NCBI GenBank assembly: GCA_038325875.1 | Contig: JBBQJL010000003.1 | Location: 26,361 to 90,360, forward strand | DNA: 64,000 bases | Direction: 5' to 3' | Source: Candidatus Limnocylindrales bacterium | Lineage (GTDB): Bacteria; Chloroflexota; Limnocylindria; Limnocylindrales; CSP1-4 | Shown here: positions 62,880-64,000 of the stretch, in pieces | How positions within the stretch are numbered: position 1 is the stretch's first letter | How the letters are laid out: every line of letters begins with the position of its first letter | Translations under genes and position numbers: made by a program | Notes under the pieces: generated by a model | The model's input: the letters and a program-made list of their open reading frames with translations, nothing else | Databases searched by the model: none | Told to the model about the DNA's origin: nothing

Positions 62880-63590
62880 TCAGCCGAGTCCGGGATCCAG
62901 CGTCGCGACGAGGATGAGGCCCCCGTTGACGATCTTGAACGACTCGATCCTGACCGGCAGCTCGACGCCCGGCGAGATGAGCTCGACCGAGCCGAGGTTG
63001 CTCCCGGCTGGAGCGGTCAGGACGAGCGACCCGTCCGCGCCCAGCGCGAGCCGTCCGTCCACGGCCAGCCCACCGGCTGTCATCCGGACCCGATCGGGAG
63101 CTGCCAGGACCACGCTCGACGGGGTGATCCCAACGGCGTTCTCCATGGCAGCCACGGCCAGCGCCTGGGCGTCGGCGGCGGGCAGGTCGAGGGTGGCCCG
63201 GACCTGGTTCGGGGTGCCGGACAGGCGGACGAGCGGGACGGCGAGCTCGGCTCCGTGCTCGGGCTGGAACCGGACACCCTTGAGCGAACCCCTGAGCGTC
63301 CCGAACGACTGAGCGACCACGGCGACGTCGCTCAGGGTGATGTCGGCCGAGGCGGCGTCCAGGCCACGGAAGGCGACATTGGTCGCGCGGATGCGGATCG
63401 CATCGGCCCTCAGCGTCAGCAGCTTGAGCGGCGGATCGGACTCGACCGTGACGGTGCTCGAGTCGGCATCGAAACCGGCGGCCACCAGCGCGCCTTCGGC
63501 GAGTGTCCCGGCCAGCGGCGGGAGCAGGAACCAGACGGCCGTCCCCATCCCCAGCACGAGCACGACGATCGTGACCAGGCAACCCCTCAC
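62880..63590 (-). CDS. DUF2993/LmeA-like membrane-anchored protein
   Basis: N-terminal TM (VTIVVLVLGMGTAVWFLL) followed by a repetitive beta-rich body, with phrases such as VESDPPLKLLTLRADAIRIRATNVAFRGL that are typical of DUF2993. Confidence 0.65.
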   Translation of the reverse strand: MRGCLVTIVVLVLGMGTAVWFLLPPLAGTLAEGALVAAGFDADSSTVTVESDPPLKLLTLRADAIRIRATNVAFRGLDAASADITLSDVAVVAQSFGTLRGSLKGVRFQPEHGAELAVPLVRLSGTPNQVRATLDLPAADAQALAVAAMENAVGITPSSVVLAAPDRVRMTAGGLAVDGRLALGADGSLVLTAPAGSNLGSVELISPGVELPVRIESFKIVNGGLILVATLDPGLG

Positions 63591-64000
63591 GTCGCTGGAT
63601 CGAGCCCGAACCCGAGCGCGGCGAGGGCGTCCTCGGCCGCGCGGCGCTCATCCCACGGGAGCGGGCCGTCCGGTCCCTCGATCGTCGGTTCGTGACCTTT
63701 TCCGGCGAGCAGCACCACGTCGCCCGGTCGGGCGCGCTCCAGCGCGACAGCGATCGCTTCGGCGCGGTCCGGGACGACGAGCAGATCGTCGCCACGTCGA
63801 CGGCCGGCCGTCGCGGCGCCAGCTGCGATCGCCTCGAGGATGGCCAGCCGGTCCTCACCACGCGGGTCCTCGTCGGTCACCACGACCAGCCTGCAGCGCT
63901 GACCCGCGATACGGCCCATCATCGGCCGCTTGGCGACGTCCCGCTCCCCCGCCGAGCCGAACACAACGATCAGCTCGCCGCCCGACGCCGCGGCCACCGG
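63587..64000 (-). CDS. murE: Mur ligase C-terminal domain (MurE-like UDP-MurNAc-tripeptide synthetase), 3' portion; the gene runs off the right edge
   Basis: Contains VVFGSAGERDVAKRPMMGRIA, VVVTDEDPRGED, and LLAGKGHE. The frame is open to position 64000. Confidence 0.75.
   Translation of the reverse strand, partial: PVAAASGGELIVVFGSAGERDVAKRPMMGRIAGQRCRLVVVTDEDPRGEDRLAILEAIAAGAATAGRRRGDDLLVVPDRAEAIAVALERARPGDVVLLAGKGHEPTIEGPDGPLPWDERRAAEDALAALGFGLDPAT

Overview
This is very GC-rich bacterial chromosomal DNA. Third codon positions are almost uniformly G/C, and the antisense strand of real genes stays open for hundreds of codons. That explains most of the long Arg/Pro/Gly-rich ORFs in the track. 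Gene content and order look like the conserved core of a high-GC Terrabacteria genome, most like Actinomycetota. The syntenic blocks are tlyA-nadK-recN-xerD, scpA-scpB-rluB-cmk, der-gpsA, alaS ... ruvX-mltG-M24 peptidase-efp, xseA-xseB, dxs, relA-hisS-aspS, cysteine desulfurase/mnmA and typA. I cannot place it taxonomically without a database search. I support 57 protein-coding calls (two cut by the window edges, three tiny and low confidence), one tRNA-Pro(GGG), one strong hairpin terminator and several repeats. From 18.1 to 49.7 kb every gene is on the minus strand, and many neighbours are joined by 1-4 nt start/stop overlaps. I see no CRISPR array, cas gene, transposase, integrase, toxin-antitoxin pair or recognisable defence system. 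Most of the window is ordinary housekeeping DNA. Five things deserve a second look. (1) An FtsA/PilM-like actin-fold ATPase and a 617-aa bitopic membrane protein are wedged, translationally coupled, into the otherwise conserved alaS-ruvX-mltG operon. (2) Two degenerate direct copies of the 3' end of tRNA-Pro lie at 14.09 and 17.93 kb, and the outer one plus the tRNA bracket a ~3.9-kb envelope-protein segment that looks like a decayed tRNA-targeted island. (3) A shared intergenic element carrying GTGGCGAGG-type tandem repeats occurs at 5.0-5.3 kb and 34.2-34.4 kb. (4) There is a Cmk-PlsC fusion. (5) Several sub-threshold hydrophobic micro-ORFs are missing from the ORF track. All functional names rest on motif recognition in the translated ORFs, not on searches.
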